This document shows, piece by piece, positions 60,798 through 64,000 of a stretch of 64,000 nucleotides of DNA; positions within the stretch are counted from its first letter, which is position 1, and every line of letters begins with the position of its first letter. A model generated the notes under the pieces. That model was not told the DNA's origin and ran no database searches. It saw only the letters and a program-made list of their open reading frames with translations. The DNA lies in contig JAZOAC010000138.1 of assembly GCA_045595285.1 (NCBI GenBank), positions 269-64,268 of the forward strand. The letters are read 5' to 3'. This stretch comes from Kiritimatiellia bacterium. Its GTDB lineage: Bacteria > Verrucomicrobiota > Kiritimatiellia > RFP12 > UBA1067. Position numbers and translations under genes: made by a program.

Positions 60798-63326
60798 TCA
60801 CTCTTTCTCTATTGATATCCGCACCTTGAGTCTCTTGTCGCCTGTCGCACGGAACGCCGCATAGCGTCCGTTGCGGTTGTGCGCAACCATGCCCGTGGGC
60901 GCAATGCGCCCGTCCGTGCGGTAGCGGCACACCCATCCGCGATAGGACACCGACAGCGAATTTCCGTCATGGGAAACGCGTGTTGAATCCCTGCCGTCGA
61001 ATTCGAAGGCGGGAAGATCCATGGCGACCTCTCCTTCTCCGGACAGATCCATCTCCATGCCGTCGGCTGAAAGCCGGCATTCCCAGTTCATGTTGCCAAC
61101 CTTCCACTGCGTCAGGGCGTATTTCGCGGTCTTCGCCTCATGCAGGATATTCCAGCCGGCATTCTCCGCCACCACCGGGCGGATCGAAAGCGTGGAGATG
61201 TTAGGCTCAGGCAAGCGGTAGTTCGGCGACTTGGCGCAAGGGATGGAAAGGCAAATCTGCGTCGGTGCACCTCGGCGATGCAGACGGCCAAGGCCGTTGC
61301 AGTCGTAATGCCCGTTGGCGCAGTAATCGAACTGGGCCGAATACTCTCCGGCATACATCAGTGCCTGATGGAATGTCGGTGAGAGAAGGAACACATCCGG
61401 TTTCGCCGGCACGTAGCCTGCGGCAGGGATCGTCTCGTCGGCGAAATACCATCCAAGCATCGCCCAGGAGCCCATTGTGATCATGTACTTGTCGAAGTAG
61501 GCGTACCGTTCACATCCGATATCGGCCTTTTCGGAGTACACGCCCTTGCCGGATTCGCGCGGATAGCGGTTCTTCACATGACTGACCGGACGTTCCGCGA
61601 GCCAGACACGCATCGCGTTCGCCGAATCTGCGGCCGCCCTGCGGAACTCCGACGCCTTCGCCATGTCGCCCCTGTCCGCAAAGCGGGCGGCATACCATTC
61701 GCAAAGCGCGGAATAGAACGTGTTGTTGTGCAGGAACTGGTTGCTGCGTCCGCCATAGGGTATCTCGCCGCAAGCGGACAAGAGCTTAAGCGTAGGTTCG
61801 GCCGAAAGGTCCATGCAGCCCTCCAGCTTTGCGCGTGACGGTCCGGAGAATCCGTCGCTCAGAATCTGTGCAAACTGAAGCCTTGTAACAATATCGTAAA
61901 CCATCGGCTGGAAGGGATCCCTGTACATTCCGGAGGAGTCAAACCACCTGAGCTGATCGGCCACATACTTCTCCACGAAACCGGGATTTCCCCCTAAGCC
62001 TCGCCGCAGACGCGCCTGCTCGCTGGCACCGGCAAAGACGACCCAATTGCCGGCCTTCGTAAGATCCACATTCCTGCGGCCCGTGGAATAGCATCTTTCG
62101 GCATCGACTTCACAGAGGGACTTCCGCCATGAGCCCGTCACGGTCTTGGGGTACGTCCGGCGCTTTTCAAGCTCCACCAGCGCTATCGAAAGCTCCTTCA
62201 CGGAAAATTCGTTTCCGCCCGATTTCGGCGGCATCCTGCCCTTCCTTGCGTCTCTGCACGCAACATCCATCATCTTCTTCGCGAGTTCGCGCTTTTCCGA
62301 AAGCCGTCCGTTGGCGACGAGAATCGCCAGGTTTGCCGTAAGCCGCGGAAAGCCATGCTCCTGCACCCCGTCGCGCTCAGCCTCGGCCTGATACGAAACC
62401 AACCGCTCGTCGGAGTAGGCCCGGACAGCCGCCTCCATGAAATCGAGATAGGCGGATTTCGAAACACCGTCCGTCGCCGATGCGACGGGCCAAGGCTTGG
62501 ACAGACACGTTTCCTGGAACCTGCGGACCGTTTCGTGCCACGCGGCGGCATCGGTGATCTCGCCCGCCATCGACCAGCCCGCGCCCGCCCAATATGTGAA
62601 TTTGTTGCAATCGAACGCCAGTACCCTGCTGTTGGTGTGGTCGGTCATCACCTTTACACGCTCGGCATCCTTCGGCGAGACGAAGATGGCGGTCATTGTG
62701 GAACCGTCCACGCCACCATCACCCTTCGGATCCTCGTAGAGGGAAACCGCTCCGGCGATCTCCTTTACGCTGCCGCCATGCCCGCGCTTGACCTCCAGAT
62801 CAAGGCCGGGACCGACGAGGAAGCCCTTCGGCAGCGGATTCTCAAACGTCACATCGTTGCGGAAGAAATGTTCGCCGCGCCTGAGAGTGATGCGGCACGT
62901 CATCTTCCCGGCCTTGGAGCACGCCGGATACACCAGTTCAAACTGACAGTAGTCCGGACCGGCATGGAGCACCCGGCTGTATATCCAGTTCGGATAAGTC
63001 TTCCATTCGCCGTCGCCGAAGACCGCAATGCCGCCGACACCGCGGGAAGGTCCGACAGCGTAGTTGTCCATCCCCTCCCCACGGTTCTTGTGGAAATTGC
63101 CCTTGTCTATCCTGTGGCACCATTTGAGGCACACGTTGGACGGATTGGACTTGTTGAACACGTCGAATCCCGACCACTTGTTGACATCCCTCGGTCCGTA
63201 CGCCCGCATGCCGAACTTGTCGTTCTCCCACACGAAATCGTCCCGACGCTCCGGACAGACCTCCGCATTGCAGAACGGATATGCGGATACGGCGGCGAAC
63301 AAGGCGGAGAATATGAATGATGTCAT
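60798..63326 (-). CDS. secreted 842-aa protein: DUF4861-like N-terminal region fused to an alpha-helical (lyase/hydrolase-like) C-terminal region
   Basis: Signal-like MTSFIFSALFAAVSAYPFCNA. FVWENDKFGMRAYGP resembles the DUF4861 pattern seen next to kduI in other glycan loci (from memory, unverified). The C-terminal ~550 aa are unassigned. Confidence 0.5.
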   Translation of the reverse strand: MTSFIFSALFAAVSAYPFCNAEVCPERRDDFVWENDKFGMRAYGPRDVNKWSGFDVFNKSNPSNVCLKWCHRIDKGNFHKNRGEGMDNYAVGPSRGVGGIAVFGDGEWKTYPNWIYSRVLHAGPDYCQFELVYPACSKAGKMTCRITLRRGEHFFRNDVTFENPLPKGFLVGPGLDLEVKRGHGGSVKEIAGAVSLYEDPKGDGGVDGSTMTAIFVSPKDAERVKVMTDHTNSRVLAFDCNKFTYWAGAGWSMAGEITDAAAWHETVRRFQETCLSKPWPVASATDGVSKSAYLDFMEAAVRAYSDERLVSYQAEAERDGVQEHGFPRLTANLAILVANGRLSEKRELAKKMMDVACRDARKGRMPPKSGGNEFSVKELSIALVELEKRRTYPKTVTGSWRKSLCEVDAERCYSTGRRNVDLTKAGNWVVFAGASEQARLRRGLGGNPGFVEKYVADQLRWFDSSGMYRDPFQPMVYDIVTRLQFAQILSDGFSGPSRAKLEGCMDLSAEPTLKLLSACGEIPYGGRSNQFLHNNTFYSALCEWYAARFADRGDMAKASEFRRAAADSANAMRVWLAERPVSHVKNRYPRESGKGVYSEKADIGCERYAYFDKYMITMGSWAMLGWYFADETIPAAGYVPAKPDVFLLSPTFHQALMYAGEYSAQFDYCANGHYDCNGLGRLHRRGAPTQICLSIPCAKSPNYRLPEPNISTLSIRPVVAENAGWNILHEAKTAKYALTQWKVGNMNWECRLSADGMEMDLSGEGEVAMDLPAFEFDGRDSTRVSHDGNSLSVSYRGWVCRYRTDGRIAPTGMVAHNRNGRYAAFRATGDKRLKVRISIEKE

Positions 63327-63327
63327 T

Positions 63328-64000
63328 TTAGCGGCTCCTTCTGATACGGATGAAATTGATTGCGCACATGGCGGCGGCTATCAGCGCCAAAACGGCGGCG
63401 CCGATCCACTTGAACGTGACTGTCAGGTGGAAGAGCGTCCAGCACCAGAAAGCGGCGGCGAAATCGATGGACGCCCCGCCTTCAAACCCCTGCGGAACGG
63501 TGATTCCGTCCACATTCGCGGCGGCGATCGCCTTGGAGAACGCGGGCGTCAAGTCCGTCACGAAATATAGTCCGCAGACAAGCGCGACGAGACCGACGAT
63601 GAAGGTCTTTGCGACATTGCCTTTCGTGACGGGAAGCACGCACGGGAAGAGATAGAACATCGCGGCGAGAGACGCAAGCGGCAGGAACTTGTTGCCGGGC
63701 AGTGCGACGGAAAGGAAGAGTATTACAGGAATGAGCAGGATCGACACCACAAGCGTCGTCGGATGCCCGATGACAAGTGCGGGCGACATGCCTATCGAAA
63801 GCCCCTTCAGTCCGGAGAAACGCTTTTCAACGAACCCCCGAGTCTGTTCGCAAATGGGCTTCAGTCCCTCGATGAAAAGCGCGGTAATGCGCGGAATGAG
63901 CTCCATGACCGCGCCGACCGTCACGCCGAGCTTGAGGATGGACGGAATTGAATCGACCACACCCCTGAGCGAATCGCACCTGAGCGCGCCGATCCCGCAT
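63328..64000 (-). CDS. PTS galactitol-type EIIC permease, 3' part only (gene runs off the window end)
   Basis: The frame is open from 63328 to the window edge, with no stop upstream of 63960. Polytopic membrane sequence with by-eye similarity to the C-terminal half of GatC/SgcC-type EIIC (SIGMSPALVIGHPTTLVVSILLIPVILFLSVALPGNKFLP). Confidence 0.75.
   Translation of the reverse strand, partial: CGIGALRCDSLRGVVDSIPSILKLGVTVGAVMELIPRITALFIEGLKPICEQTRGFVEKRFSGLKGLSIGMSPALVIGHPTTLVVSILLIPVILFLSVALPGNKFLPLASLAAMFYLFPCVLPVTKGNVAKTFIVGLVALVCGLYFVTDLTPAFSKAIAAANVDGITVPQGFEGGASIDFAAAFWCWTLFHLTVTFKWIGAAVLALIAAAMCAINFIRIRRSR

Noticed and set aside
1-64000. CRISPR arrays, IS elements, integrases, prophage genes, known defence systems (RM, Zorya, CBASS and others)
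   Set aside because: I saw no spaced direct repeats and no transposase, integrase, RT, helicase-nuclease or cyclase signatures in any frame. The MotA-like gene here is a normal-length ExbB with ExbD partners, not a ZorA/ZorB pair.

Overview
64-kb high-GC bacterial chromosomal segment (roughly 60% GC by spot hand counts, not computed). It holds about 50 protein genes, all but four on the minus strand. I found no rRNA, tRNA, CRISPR array, transposase, integrase or recognisable transcription factor. Content: (i) housekeeping genes: rimO, an rpiB-glyA fusion, tsaC, secDF, rpsL-rpsG, metK, proA, tadA, HU, hemW, larE. (ii) oadGAB, a Na+-pumping oxaloacetate decarboxylase. (iii) The pilT-pilB ATPases. 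(iv) An ExbB-ExbD-ExbD motor with two secreted TPR proteins and a LolC/E permease. (v) Two glycan loci. One at 26-35 kb has a giant GH43-GH2-GH43 enzyme, an AGE-family epimerase, an MFS sugar porter and a class II aldolase. One at 55-64 kb has a galactitol-type PTS EIIC, a DUF4861-like fusion, kduI, a tandem heparinase II/III lyase and kduD. The gene content suggests a PVC-group polysaccharide degrader (Lentisphaerota/Kiritimatiellota/Verrucomicrobiota-like); this is inference only. Four things stand out. First, a GC-poor 19.8-26 kb segment holds four proteins I cannot assign: one cytoplasmic ORFan, plus a secreted module (small protein, FGE/lectin-fold protein, 956-aa protein) with a sharp GC break inside one gene. 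Second, a truncated ThyX-fold protein with a Cys-rich tail is coupled to a NeuD-type acyltransferase. Third, two orphan genes sit isolated between the oad terminator and the rpsL promoter. Fourth, a recurrent GTGATATAAT extended -10 box lies 7-8 nt from start codons, implying several leaderless mRNAs. None of these matches a defence, toxin or mobile system that I recognise. All functional ideas about them are hypotheses that need HMM and structure searches.
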